DNA of 63,479 nucleotides, filler included, from Asterionella formosa (Eukaryota), in assembly GCA_002256025.1 (NCBI GenBank). It is 9 parts of 9 records of this genome, joined end to end, with 100 filler letters (N's around TTAATTAATTAA, not from the genome) between each part and the next. Parts side by side here need not be neighbours in the genome. Positions count along the whole stretch, not along the records: positions 1 to 18,629 come from NKIB01003982.1; 8 more parts are not named here. One strand, given 5' to 3'. The notes beneath the pieces were generated by a model. That model was not told where the DNA came from. It did not search any database and was given only the letters and a program-made list of their open reading frames with translations. The position numbers were made by a program, and so were the translations under genes. This document shows positions 1 through 13,145 of this stretch, piece by piece. Within the stretch, counting starts at the first letter, position 1. Each line of letters begins with the position of its first letter.

Positions 1-1220
1 TACATGGCAAAAAAGGTCATCAATTTCCTGCCTATAACTTACATCCGAATCCCAAATCTCAAACAGTCGATTCAGGCGGCAATATATTGTAGAGCGTCCA
101 CGAGTTCCTCGTTGTCAGGGTTAGTACCTCAGTTGTGCTCGACCACTGCGATATACATGTCGTCACCAACAACGAAGTCCGAAAGGTCAGTATGTGTCAT
201 ATCTTCCTTGCAAGCTGAGAGTGTCAGCCATGGAATTCGCTACATCGTGAAATTCCAGGGAATCAAGTGACGAGAATTGTGGGCAATCCAGCTGTCGATT
301 GTTGTCGTCACACATCAACAAGGCTGTATATGCAATATCCTCCATATGTTTGGTGACATGGAATATGGATTTGACAACATCTTCGAAGGCAACCACAGCT
401 CCCGCCCCCATCCAATACATCATTTGGAATAAGAGCATCATTTTAAATTCGACAACGGCATTGTTGAAAAATTTTACTGAATTGGATTCGCTGGCACTCC
501 TACCATCATGGACAAGCGACCACAATGGCATCATCCAGCATGGCACTTCCCAGGTCCGCAAACGCCACAAGAAGGGTCAAGAAGAATTGTACCAAATCTT
601 CAAACGAGCACTGCAATGAATGAACAAGATCTTCGAAAAATCAGCAAACTCGCGGATATCCATTTTCCCATCCCTCCGTCAGTATCAAATGCTTGAATGT
701 AAAGCACAGCTGCATTTAAACTTTCCGAAAAAGTCTTGCCCTGAGAGACGAAGGATGTAACTAGTTCAGGTTAACATCGTGGACCAAAAGATTCACACCC
801 ATGCATTGAACTCATTTACGAAGACTTGCAATATCAAAAATCTTCTTCAGACATCTCGCCATTTCTTGTGTTCCACTTTCATCGGTATCGAACAAACAGG
901 ACAAGTTTGAACCGTTTTTTCGTTGGTCATTTTGTTAAGGACCACCAGAAAAGCCAATTCGCTTTCGAGCGAGCACTTTTGGAATTCTGTAAGTTGTCGA
1001 TTCAGACAAACGGTTTCACTAGTCGAAGTGGTTGTTCCTGCCAGCTTCGTTTCAATGGATGCAGCCGCAACAGCAGAAGTATGTCGAATGGCCATTTGCT
1101 TGCTCGCTTCTGTTTGGAGTTGCTTGGTTAGTACGTTATTGTTGGATGGCGATGAGGATGATTCAGACGCACAAGTTCTCTGCGCTGTAGCGTCGTTGGA
1201 GGGAATGGCCAAACAAGTTT
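1..1220 (-). pseudogene. Possible decayed or frameshifted coding sequence of unknown family
   Basis: Protein-like minus-strand segments in different frames (847..1220 with TCPVC; 187..570) separated by stops. A GGTACC array lies upstream at 1549-1572, as for the intact genes. No family recognised. Confidence 0.25.
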
Positions 1221-2526
1221 GACAAAATAAAAATACCCTGTATATCGAAGAGGGACACAAATATTGGAGTGAATAGGAAGAAATTCCGGAATTTAAATAT
1301 AAATTTATGAATTTCAAAAGAAACATTTGCACATACAGACAGTATCTGTATTGCATAGTATGTAGTGTGGTTCGGATGTATGACAGAGTAACCCTACCGG
1401 TATTCCGGTTCTTCATGCCCATTTTATTATGTATGTAATGGAACATAAGATATACAACCTCATGTTGAGTAGACGCGCGCATCCAAATGGTCTCATTCCT
1501 CTTCATTGGCTCTTGCTTTCGTCGGTGTTTGTATATGTAATAGCTATAGTACCGGTACCAGGTACCCTGGTAATGGCATCATATCAGTGCGTGTAAAACG
1601 ATGAGATATTTTTTGAGTTTTCACTTATTTTACCGCGACATGATACTTTTGGGTCCATCAAAAGTTCATTGCTTACGGGAAACTGTTTGACGGCCAAAAA
1701 TAATACCAGGTACTACCAGTAATCCTACCTGGTAGCGATATTCTAAAAAAGTTCAAGGCAGCAATGATCCGTGGACTCAAAAGTATATGAACGTATGGTG
1801 CCATTCCCAAACTCGCTCTGCATACCTCGGAGCCGACGGATGTTTAAACCATTTCAAGTGTAGAGCTCAAACAGATTGTAGATGTACAATATATCTAGCG
1901 ATACCAAATGGGTGCAACCAGCACGCCAGATCTATCAACTTTCCCTTACGTTTGTTTGTGGATTCGCTCCTGGGCTCATGTGACCTTCGTGTCGAACCCT
2001 TTGGAACAGAATGCTGTCCCAACCTCACACTGGCATCTTTGGCAACATTCTGGGAATGAAGTATACTGACAAGCTGATGGATAGATCGCAAGTTGTTCCA
2101 AACCCTTTTTATCAAAGCTGCCACCGCTGTAGAAATCATACTTAAAACTAACAAACCATCCTTGTCGATTTGAATGGGAATACGCAAAGTCGCAGTGAAT
2201 TAGATCAACTGAGTCGTCGACCGATGGGGCTCGTGCATGTTAAGATTTGACGCATGGCCAGTCCTTGATGGCAGCAAAATAACACTTGGCATCTCAGGGG
2301 ATCACGTCAAAGTGGCAAGGAGTATACAGACCTTGTAATGAACTCCTTTGGAAGTCAGCCTCTCAGATGAATTCCGGGTTGATAACTTACATAGTCTAGT
2401 AGTTATTTTGTAGATATGTCGGGGTTATGGGATAATGTAATTTCGCTTTCGTGCCGGGGGCCTGTTGTGGTTATATTGACGACGGGACAGTGCTTTTACA
2501 TTCTCCCGTGAAAAAGTAGCACACCC

Positions 2527-4534
2527 TTATGCCAGAATTCTATCCAGGTCCATGGCAGTTACTCGAGGGCTGATAAATCGAGCTGGTTGGCGTTTGTCCA
2601 ACTCTTGTCCAGATTTTGGAGCCAACGGGTGCTTCTTCTTTTGTCGCTTCAGTTCAATGTAAAGCTCATCGGCATCATTCAACAGGTCTTTACGGATACG
2701 ATCAGTCCCTTCCTTCGGTAATTGAATCATCTTCTCCGAGGCCGCCGCCGATGCTTGATACGCAATGGCAGGGTGAATATGAAACTTGAGTGTTGATAGT
2801 TCCCAAGCGGAAGTAGCATTTGGGTTTGAGTGTTCCGGATCTTCCACGTCAGGAGTATAGGCACCTGAAGTAATCACATCCAGCTCGTTCTCAAGGAGTT
2901 GATGTACCGATGGGTATCGATGAATGAGTTGTCGAACAAACGCCATAAGTGGTGCCGAGGTCGTCGCTGGTGCGTGCAGACAAACCGTGCATAGCTGCTT
3001 CATAAAGGCTGCGACTCGAATGGCTGAATACTCACGACGCTTGATAAAGGCAGCATGAAGACATTTAAGTGCAATATCAGTGTGGTCCCTATTTCCCTGT
3101 TCATTCGTGAGTCGAGCCAGCTGACTATATAGGGGCGTTATGTATTCCTTCTGATCAATCTTAAGCTCTCGGCCAGGCCCTTGTAATGTTTGAAACGAAG
3201 TCNNNNNNNNNNNNNNNNNNNNNNNNNNNNNNNNNNNNNNNNNNNNNNNNNNNNNNNNNNNNNNNNNNNNNNNNNNNNNNNNNNNNNNNNNNNNNNNNNN
3301 NNNNNNNNNNNNNNNNNNNNNNNNNNNNNNNNNNNNNNNNNNNNNNNNNNNNNNNNNNNNNNNNNNNNNNNNNNNNNNNNNNNNNNNNNNNNNNNNNNNN
3401 NNNNNNNNNNNNNNNNNNNNNNNNNNNNNNNNNNNNNNNNNNNNNNNNNNNNNNNNNNNNNNNNNNNNNNNNNNNNNNNNNNNNNNNNNNNNNNNNNNNN
3501 NNNNNNNNNNNNNNNNNNNNNNNNNNNNNNNNNNNNNNNNNNNNNNNNNNNNNNNNNNNNNNNNNNNNNNNNNNNNNNNNNNNNNNNNNNNNNNNNNNNN
3601 NNNNNNNNNNNNNNNNNNNNNNNNNNNNNNNNNNNNNNNNNNNNNNNTTGGCGTTAGCAGCAGTTGCTAGTTTGGCAGCTTGCGCTTCATCTACATGAAC
3701 TCTTAATGGCAAGGAAACAAAAGTTCTCAAAACGGCAGCCCTGATTCTGAATTGCTTGTCCTTGGCTAATTTAGCCACCATTCTTGCAGCTTCTAGCGCT
3801 ACTTCACCTTGAGTGTCAGTTGAAAATATATGCTGAATTGCGGCGCAACACGAATCAGCGACTTCGTCGCACTGTCGATGATTCATTTGACGAATGACAA
3901 CGGATAAAATATTCGACCGAAAATTGAAATGCGGAGCTGATTTCAAGAGTTCACACAATGCCAAGATGCAAGTCATGCCAAGCGGCTTGGACGGGTCTTC
4001 TTTCTCGTTATCCCAAGTTTTTTCTAGTAGTTTGAGATATGACTGGTAGTGATGTAGGAGGGCTCGTTCATAGTCCCACAGTTTCTTGGTTTCTTTCCCA
4101 ACCTTGACAGCCATTTCAGCAGCAGTCGGAAGGCGAATTCTGTAAGAAGGTAGAATATCCTGGAAAATTGCCAACAAAGACATGACAGCAAGTCTGGCGG
4201 TGTATTCTTCTGTCGTCGACTTGGAGTCTGCCGCAACTTGAATGAGTCGTTTCATTTTTGATTCTCCCAAGTCAGAAAACGCAGTTGCCGGATCTTCCAA
4301 AATAGATTCACTCAATTCTGCAATCATGTCGCACTTTTCCTCTACGGACATTTCTTCTAGTAGATTGTATTCTATCGGTACCGGCGCCTTTCGATACGGC
4401 TCGTCGGACGCTGACGGCGGAGCCCTGGCTAGCTTCTTGGCGCCTTTCTTACCCACTGCCTTTCCTTCCTGATCATGTCTAGGCTTCCCCTGCTTTTTGT
4501 CTATTGTGGGTTTCCCCTGCTTTTTGACCTTCAT
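2527..4534 (-). CDS. NOC3: Nucleolar complex protein 3 (NOC3; Noc3p + CBF/Mak21 domains), interrupted by assembly gap 3203-3647
   Basis: 5' part: LAIFQDILPSYRIR..KLWDYERALLHHYQSYL..PHFNFRSNIL. After the gap the frame reads TSFQTLQGPGRELKIDQK..HAAFIKRRE..RVAAFMKQL..YTPDVEDPEHSNPNATSAWEL..HIHP, matching the NOC3 C-terminus. ORFs 3161..4534 and 2527..3003 are one gene. Confidence 0.9.
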
Positions 4535-5233
4535 GGTGCTGTGACACTGTCTTGACCTTGTTGGATGGCGAATTATTATCTGGATTTGTTGCTTTCAACA
4601 ACCACCATTGGGATTTTGATCCAGCTTGTTTTTGCTTTTATTTGCATGGATCTATTTTTTTCAACGAATTAAAGAAATTTCTTACTACATACAATCAGCC
4701 GAGATGTTGCGTTTCATTTGGTTGGCTGATGATGATGATGGATTTCTCTGTCCATCATTGGTACCTGTTTACCTTGTACCCTGGTACCAGGTACCTGACC
4801 ATATGGTGTGACGGACGCAGGTACCAGGTACCAGTTATCAAGTGCGTAGAATTAAATTTATTTACAGTTCCAGAGGAAGGTCAGGTAATCGAAAGATTTA
4901 GCTAAATCTTTTCATAAGTTTGAAACTTGTTTTACCGGACCTTATTACAGTTAGTACATTTTCAGTAGAACTACCAGGTACGAGGGTATTGTTAGCACGA
5001 CAGTTGTTATCTCCTAGGCTGTTTCTTGCTGATGTTGTATGTGTGACTCACGTCTTCTGATTTCGAAACAACTGTGCCTCTGGTGACGACGACGAAAGAA
5101 CCAAAGTCAAGTCCGAACACCAGTACCGGTATGATATATATATTTACATAATAATAAATAACGGAACAAAAGAGGCAATCATATCACTTCCTCAGGAACC
5201 AAATTTTTACAGAAGAACTTGAAACACGCCACC

Positions 5234-6048
5234 ATGAACAACAGCAGAGTTTGCCATTTCAAGTTAGTTCTGTTGGGGGATACCGCTGTCGGAAAGTCCT
5301 GTTTGGTGGTTAGATTCGTGAGAGATGAATTCTTTGAGTTTCAAGAGCCAACCATTGGAGGTAAGCGACGAGGAAGGGACAAACGAGTTTCACGACCCAC
5401 GAAGAATTCACTGCTGCATGTACCAACGGCCACGTAGCTTCTACGAAGGCCCAGGCTGATTTCACGAAATAACATTAAAAGTTGTTGCTCGATCTATTTG
5501 TCAACCATCTTGGCTCACCCCTCTCCCTCGCTTGCTTTGAACGAAATTTCATTCAATTAACGCCATGCAAAAATATTTGCATATTTGCAGCTGCCTTTTT
5601 GACTCAAACAGTGGCTCTCGACGACTCTACTGTCAAGTTTGAAATCTGGGATACCGCTGGACAAGAGCGCTATCGTTCGTTGGCGCCCATGTATTACCGT
5701 GGAGCTGCAGCTGCCATTGTAGTCTACGACATAACCAACCCAGACTCCTTCACCGGAGCTAAATCTTGGGTCAAGGAGCTGCAGAGACGAGGAGATCCCA
5801 ATGTGGTGATTGCCCTGGCTGGGAACAAGGCGGATTTGGAAAATCGACGCAAGGTGGAGTTTGAAGAAGCCAATGCTTACGCAGAAGAGAATGGAATCTT
5901 GCACTTGGAAACATCAGCGAAGAATGCTAATAATGTCAAATCTCTCTTTGTGGAGATTGCGAAGAAACTCCCAAAGAGCCCGCAGCAGCCAGAACGAGAA
6001 GCCTTTCCGATTATGCCACCGCAGCAAGAGAGTCGAAGCTGTTGCTAA
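5234..6048 (+). CDS. RAB5: Rab5-family small GTPase; exons 5234-5360 and 5591-6048
   Basis: GDTAVGKS P-loop; effector QEPTIG|AAFLTQ restored by a GTAAGC...TTGCAG intron (5361-5590, 230 bp); [25 protein letters not shown]-terminal CC prenylation motif. Confidence 0.95.
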
Positions 6049-6695
6049 ATTGAGTGTTGTGTTTGTGTATAAAACATATTTGCGGTTATTGAGATGCAGA
6101 GGGTTATTGTCAGATGTTTACCTCAGCAGTAGTAATATGTGTGGGTGTGAATATCAAATTAATCGTCTTTGAAAGGATTTGACTTTTTAAAAAACATAAG
6201 GACATCGCACAAGCTCTGATAGAAATATTTGTTGAGATTTTCAATAATGAAATTTTTTTTGGGTATCTCAGGCTAAGCGTTCTAAATACACCATGTTTGG
6301 TGCGAATATGAATGCGGCAGGACATAAGCCAGTTGTTGGGTCGAAATGTATGCTCATGCCAGAAAAGGAGACCACATGGTTGGTTGTTTTTGTCATTACA
6401 AAGCTCAAGACAAGTGTTGCACTAATAAGCAGCAACTCTGTTCCACTTGTCTTCCAGCTTTCACAGCATTTTCATTTGTAGCTCAGTAGTGAAACGGATA
6501 TTGACACCTTTAATTGACAGCCCATAAGTACAAAATTGCAGCATCAAAAACTAGAAAGATTGTGGCTCTAATAATTACTATTTTCTATGAATATCTCACA
6601 CTCTCGTTTTACTATTCCCAATTTTACTATCCCTGTTTACTTGTCCAATACATACAAATATTCACACTTGTTTTGAAACTGCACCAAACAGTCGC

Positions 6696-8528
6696 TTATG
6701 CTAGAAATGTGTCCAAATACTTTTGCAACACTTCTGCATTGAACTCTTGGCAAATGTAGTATCCCAGCCAAAATTCCCGTTTCTCCATTTGAAGCACCTC
6801 ATCATTCACATGGAACTGCTTTAGAACATCATGATACCGGCACATATTTTGATGTGCAATAGGGTCCTTGTCGTCAATTGTTACAAACAAGATATGAGAT
6901 TCAACAAGATCCATGTGAATTGCCAAGGTTTCAACCACATTTTTCACTAGCGTCATCTCCTCTTGCCCGTTTGGAGGTCGAACGCCATCAGTAAACCAGA
7001 ATTCTTCCATAGTTTTCTTCCAATCAAAGTACCCACCTCGTCGCAATATTCCAATTAGTCGAGTAGGAACAACATGCGGGACTCGGTGACCCAAGTAACG
7101 CTTGACAACATCCACCTCCACTTGAGTACATGGGAAGGCCGCCTTGCCATGTTCCTGTTGAAATTTGGTGGCCAGGGCCTTGGCACAAATACCGACTGGG
7201 TCGTACTTTGAGCTAGACATCAATTGACTTTCTAAACAATCCATAGACGTGTCTACAGAATCCTCAAAATCATCATACCCATCATCATCCTTGCCGTACG
7301 TGAGTCGGCCCAACAATAACCCTGCTAAATTCAAGTCAAGCAATCTTGCGTCAATCAGTACTTCTTTCCAAATAGTGGAATACTTTTGTTTCAACAACTC
7401 GTAATCATCAATTCGACCATGCCAGATCGGAATCGAGTGAATATCCATGCCAAACAGGGCAGGGAGATGTGAGCCAATCTTCCCATCTGTACCCCATGTA
7501 GTGACATATTTGCCATGTATGTAAACTTTTCCCATTTGTTCCTCCTCCAACAGCAATGACTGCTGACTTGGCTTGGCCAAAACAGACTCGGTTGACCACA
7601 AAAAGGTGTGCTTGAGCTCATTGGCATAGTAGTGGAAGTTTGGCAATTGTTCCAAGGACACGCGTAGGTTCCCACCTAAGGAAAGGATCATTTTGGTTGT
7701 GTTTTGCTTTTCAGCATGATCCGTGACGGTGACACACAGAGACTTGACAAAGGGATCATCCAATGTTTTGTCTGGATTCCATCTAGGAATTCGTCCATCC
7801 GATAAGGTGGCATCCATCAGGTCAAACTTGTATTTCTTGCCTCGCACCGAAAAAACTTCCAGAACGTATTTCGCGTTATGATCATACATCGCTGCCAGTG
7901 CTCCGTATTTGACGTCGTCGTCGAGGGAAAAGCCAAAACTTAGCATGGACAATTCTTCTGCTTCAATGGCCTCCTGATTGCCAGTTGGCGGTAATGATCT
8001 ATATTCCACTTCAGCCTTGAACAAGACTGTCTCCGGCATATCTTCGTCAACATCTTCGTCTGCATCCATTTCCTCATGTGTCAAGAGCTCCCTGGAAGTG
8101 AAGCAAAGCGCAATTCTTCCCAAAACGTTCCCATTGGCTCTCCAATCCCCGACAACCGACGTCGGCTCTCCCAAAAACAGGAACGCTTCTTGGCAATAAT
8201 GGTGCTGGAATCCCAACTTCTGAAGCTGTGTGGGAAGCTGATCCTTTTTTGTCTCCACAAACCTTCCGTGCAGTGGGTCGTGGCTGAGATGAACGTCTCG
8301 GAGGGTCCACTGTCGGGGCGCAACAGTCTGCCGGGCATAGTTCACACTGGCCAACATGGTGTGGTGGATGATCGCCTTGAGGCCGTCCAATACTCCGCGG
8401 GTCAGTGGGATTGCCATATGAGCCATGCTGCTTAAGCTCAAGGGGACAGCTTCGGTGAAGGATGACCGAGAGGAATTCGCCTTGGCCAGCTTCATCAGCC
8501 CATTGCGTTGCTTCTCCAAGTCGGACAT
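6696..8528 (-). CDS. Hypothetical protein, 610 aa (possibly a degenerate GHKL-ATPase-like N-terminus)
   Basis: Long uninterrupted ORF with globular composition. Motifs GKVYIHGKYV and LFGMDI. No confident family. Confidence 0.75.
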   Translation of the reverse strand: MSDLEKQRNGLMKLAKANSSRSSFTEAVPLSLSSMAHMAIPLTRGVLDGLKAIIHHTMLASVNYARQTVAPRQWTLRDVHLSHDPLHGRFVETKKDQLPTQLQKLGFQHHYCQEAFLFLGEPTSVVGDWRANGNVLGRIALCFTSRELLTHEEMDADEDVDEDMPETVLFKAEVEYRSLPPTGNQEAIEAEELSMLSFGFSLDDDVKYGALAAMYDHNAKYVLEVFSVRGKKYKFDLMDATLSDGRIPRWNPDKTLDDPFVKSLCVTVTDHAEKQNTTKMILSLGGNLRVSLEQLPNFHYYANELKHTFLWSTESVLAKPSQQSLLLEEEQMGKVYIHGKYVTTWGTDGKIGSHLPALFGMDIHSIPIWHGRIDDYELLKQKYSTIWKEVLIDARLLDLNLAGLLLGRLTYGKDDDGYDDFEDSVDTSMDCLESQLMSSSKYDPVGICAKALATKFQQEHGKAAFPCTQVEVDVVKRYLGHRVPHVVPTRLIGILRRGGYFDWKKTMEEFWFTDGVRPPNGQEEMTLVKNVVETLAIHMDLVESHILFVTIDDKDPIAHQNMCRYHDVLKQFHVNDEVLQMEKREFWLGYYICQEFNAEVLQKYLDTFLA

Positions 8529-9489
8529 GTGTGGCTTTGATTCCTTCTTGTTTGGGCAAAGCAGAGTACCCGGTTGACGCGCTCACAGCGATTGCAATAG
8601 GATGGACTGCCGGTATATGTAGCTTCAATGTCTTGATGGAGGAAGTGTTTAGTAACGGTATAACCGTGCGGTTGTAGAAACAGAAAAGCTATATTACTAC
8701 TACCCAAATGCATTGAATTTACCTGTGTATTAAAAAACATGGTGGTGAAAAAATATATATCAAATATTGGTGTGGTGGGAAACAGGACTTCGATGTTGAT
8801 AGAGCTATTATTATTTTGAGATGCGATTGACCGTCCCCGTTGTTTATCTACGGGAAATGCATGTGCGTCATCCCATTCATTATGTACAACTCGTAGGAAC
8901 TATTCTAAACTGATATACCGGTATATATGCATGCACAGAATAATAGACAACCGGAATGCTTTTACACATGTTTTTGTAATATACTGGCAATCCCACCCTA
9001 GCTACCGGTATCGTCTTGCTTTTCGATGAGAACTATGGTGGGTGTAAGTAATTTTTTTTAATCGTTAAGTAAATGTTTTTTAGAGGCAATATGAGGCAGA
9101 GTGCTTTTTTCGGCAGTCAATTTTAGATTGGAGCAGGGACCAAGGAACAACGTCAGGAGTATGTACCGGTACCGGTATACATATAGAATTTTCATGCGGA
9201 AGCAGCCACATAAAAATGGATGGAGCCACAAACATGTATGAGAAATACCAGTAGTAGTCACACAAGAACAATTGTAGCAAGCATCGAAAAATTCGAGATG
9301 ATGTTTTTACACAACCAAAGTACGAAACGGAAATCGAAAGCTAAGGCGTGAAAATGACAAGCAGGGCAGGGAGTAGAATAATAAGTGTAAAAGATAATGG
9401 GTCAGAGGAAAAATCATGTGAAAATTTGTCAACACATTTCCATTAACAATTGTCCACTCACACTTTTTTGTCATTGCAACGAAATTTCA

Positions 9490-10270
9490 GAAATATTCAG
9501 ATCGGGCCTGGAGGAACAGAAACTGATGCCTGAATGGATTTAGAGCCAGTGCTGGTTTCTTCATTGATTTGGACTTGTGGTTGTGGGGGTGTTGGAGGAG
9601 CAACAGCTTGATAGTGGAGGTTTGGTACTGGGGGTGCAGACTTCTGGTAGTATCCGGCAGGAGGAGGAATAGGATGCATCGAAAATTTACTGGCTGATGT
9701 GGGCATTTGTAGCTTGGTAAAATGAGGAGGGCAGGTTTGAGTAGGATGATAAGGAGCAATGGATTGATGTGTTGTTGGTGCTGGCAAGATATGCTGCCCA
9801 CATTGTTTGCATCCCCGAGATGTTGCAATCTTCGTGCGAGTTTCGATAAAAGTGGCTTGCTAGCACTGGGTAAGGTAACAGGAAAAGAATAATGGTAGTG
9901 TGTGTATATTATACTCATTAGAACAACAATCAACTGGCAACATACTTTACCTCATTGGACAAGCTGGTTTCTTGACCAGTGGATACTGATTTGTTGCATT
10001 GTCAGGAACAAGTAGAGGAGTAAAATGACAGGTGCCTTCATCAAAATTCTGAAGAGAAAGAAATATGTTTCATAATTAGTATACTTGACCATGCTGGCGG
10101 GAACTCAAATACGGCAATAACAATCATCAAACACATACCTGTCCTCTCTTCCTTGTTGAACACAAGTTAATACAGAACACCAGTTCCATCTGATGTTCTG
10201 GCTGCTTTGAGGAGTTCGCAATAGCTCATTGAGCTTGACAACTTTTTATTGTCATTGTAGAAGATTATGC
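9490..10270 (-). pseudogene. Decayed multi-exon gene fragment with Pro/Gln-rich C-terminal part
   Basis: Minus-strand splice signals: donor GTAAAG at 9950; intron 10049-10138 GTATGT...TTCAG. PPPAGYY/PPTPPQPQ segment at 9497-9787. In-frame stops, CpG-poor. Confidence 0.25.
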
Positions 10271-11404
10271 AGAAGTAACAAAAGTAATTTTGTAAATAGA
10301 AACCAATGAAACAATACTATCATGGAGAAGCAGATAAAAGCCAAAACACATGAACACCACTAAAACTCACTACCAAGATCTGATTTGAGCTTGTGTAGGA
10401 CACGTAGAAAACATACTACAAAAGTATAGTTAAAATTTGAGTGCTGATCATATCTGACGAAAATAACGGTTCAATGATGAGATGGAAGCCTAACTTTGAC
10501 CTACCATTATGTTTTGAGTTTTGATACCCAACAACTCGGAGTTGTTGGGTATGAGTCATTGAGGTCGCTTTTGAACAATCATTAATTTAGTATTTATCAC
10601 TACGTATCAAATCTAGAAAAGTAATTGACCGGAAAGGCTATCGGAAATCAACAGAAAGGGGAACCGAAAATTTTGGCGCCACTGTGACAAAGAAAGCACG
10701 ATGCAACGATATGAATCCCATGAGAAGTCAAATTATCCAACAACCAGACAGATCCATTTGATGAAGATTCAGTATTTGAGACATCAATGAACAAAGTTTG
10801 AATACATTGGAACATCCTGGAAGATAGCAGGGATGTAAATAGTGGAATTGCCAATACTTTACAGAAAATTAGAAAATTATCATTTGTGCCTTCACGTTGT
10901 TCATCCTACTCTCTTCCAATTTTGGCAGTCGATTTACCTTGCTTAGTGAAACCGCAGTCCCTTCAAGGGCAAAAGATATCAGTAATCCACATCCCTTAAA
11001 AAATGGAAGTTGATTTTGGCAGGCAAATCTAGGGGCTATTGAAAATATCGAAGGTAAGTTTTGCAGTAAAAAACGGAGCATATGAAATATAAAAATATGT
11101 TTTACATGAAGGGCAAATGCAGGATTGAGTAATCAAAAAACTGTATATTTGAAATATGCAATAAATGCATTATATGAAAGGGCAGTTGGCTACTAGTTCG
11201 CATCCAACATACAGCAAACTATCTAAAATAGGTTTTCAATCTTAACTTTAGTGCAGCCGTTATTAGCTCAGGCTTTAATATCAATTTAAATCTGCTTTTT
11301 ACTCATATATACTATCTCCCATTTTAACGCAACTGCTGGCTGTTCATGTTGCCACTGATCAGGCTAGGTTGATAGCAGTTGTGCTGATCTTGTTAAGGGT
11401 TATC

Positions 11405-11760
11405 ACCATAAGTTTCTTGTCAATTCTTGTGGTTCTTTCATCTGATTGTAGGGTGTTGTATAATTAGTAGGTACTGTGGGATGGAAATGGTCTGTTTGGA
11501 ACTGATTTGGATGCCTTGACATCGTCCAAGGCCTTTTCGGTACTCAATTTAATGATGCTGTTGCATGACTGGATTTCGGTCATTTGGTCTCCTATCTCCA
11601 TGAGTTTCTTGTCAATTCTTGTGTTTCTTTCATCTGTCTATAGCTAGCGTATTGTATATAGTTTGCACGGAAACTTTCTGTTTGAATCTGATTTTGATGC
11701 ATAAACTTCGTCAAAAGCCTTACCGGTACTCATTTTAATGATGCTGTTTGGTGAATGAAT
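11405..11760. repeat. Degenerate direct repeat, ~193-bp unit x2, with a third partial copy near 12040
   Basis: agtttcttgtcaattcttgtg(g/t)ttctttcatctg at 11411 and 11604, each followed by ctgatttt..gatgc...cggtactca.tttaatgatgctgtt. cttgtcaattcttgtggttc recurs at 12041. Confidence 0.7.
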
Positions 11761-11772
11761 TTTGGTCTTTTT

Positions 11773-11826
11773 AGGGAATGGCTTGGTGGTTAGCACACCC
11801 TCTGCTGTGGCAAGTTCGATTCCTGC
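11773..11826 (+). other. tRNA-like Pol III promoter head (degenerate; SINE-like or tRNA pseudogene)
   Basis: A box TGGCTTGGTGG and B box AGTTCGATTCC, about 10 bp closer than in a tRNA. No acceptor-stem pairing. Similar to 40878-40939. Confidence 0.4.
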
Positions 11827-13039
11827 ATTCTAAACCTTTCTTTTTCATGTAGTTCCTATGGTTCTGGGGGTGGCGGCTGAAGAAAACACTGGTCCCATTG
11901 TACTGTATGTAAGAACAAAACCGGTGTTAATTGTTTCCAATGGGAATGTGGGCATGAGTGCAATTATTGGATAGCTTTAACGTGCTAGCTATAAAATTAA
12001 ATTTAAATTTGGATTTAGGACATTTTCGTCTATCTTATATCTTGTCAATTCTTGTGGTTCCTTTATCTGCTTGTAGAAAAATGTACACTGTGTTGCCAGC
12101 TACATTGGCGCTGAAATGGAATCATGATTTGATGTTGTCGCTGTAAATATACATGACCATCTATGATGTGAGAGGATACTTACCAGTGCTAGTAGAATTG
12201 CTGTGATGGTACATCACCAACTTAGTTTCTTCTTTTTACATTTGGGTTCTTTGAAAAAATTGTGATTGCATGATTCAATTTAAACACTTGATGCCACCAC
12301 CCATTGGACATCAATAGATCAAATGAAAATCACCATCAAATATTCTTTGTACAAGATCTCTTGATCTTTTGGAAGAGGCAGTGCAAGTTTGAGGAGCTTA
12401 TTCAAGGTCTTGCAATCTCCAAAGTCCATAGCCAACATGTTACACAGTTTTATTGAGAAGTTTCAGAGCATCCACTGATGCTTAGCTACACTCAAAGATA
12501 TTATAATGGAAGTTGGTCCTCCATCCACATCACCATGGCATGACTTGTTCAAAAATGTCAGAGGAGGACTGATATCTGGGTGTACTTCAATATTCCTTAA
12601 ATCAGACAAGGAGATATAGCAGTCAATAATGCTTCCATGGAGATTCCGTAGATTAAGATCTTGGTCAACAGACTCCATCCATCCATCTGGAATAGGGTAT
12701 ATGAAAGATTTTGATCTTGATTTTTCATACATTGTTGTTATCTTTGATCAAGATACCAAGAAGAACTTGAAAATCCATCAACATTTGCTAATTCTAGTTT
12801 GACTCTTTTTGAATTCAGTTTTGAAGTATCTAACTAGAAGTAGTAGTATTTGTTGAATATATGCTGCTGAGCTCAGAAGTTATCATTGTATTGAAACTGT
12901 TCAATCAAGTTGATCCCAAAGTATTCAATATAGAGGTTAGACAAGTTCCCACATAATTGAGTTCTGATATACTTATAATATCCCTAGCCCTATATAGACA
13001 TGCATCTCTGGCAGTGCCCCTGGAGTGTTGGAGTTGTAC

Positions 13040-13145
13040 TGGTACCTGCAAGTTGCGGTAATTTTGCTGAAACTAAAGATTTTGCTATCGTTATCCCAGA
13101 TTAAAATGTTAGTTTAAGCAAAATGACCGCAACTTGCTGGTACCA
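13040..13145. repeat. Imperfect inverted repeat / hairpin (~42-bp arms)
   Basis: Left arm tggtacctgcaagttgcggtaattttgctgaaactaa versus reverse complement of right arm tggtaccagcaagttgcggtcattttgcttaaactaa. Confidence 0.85.
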
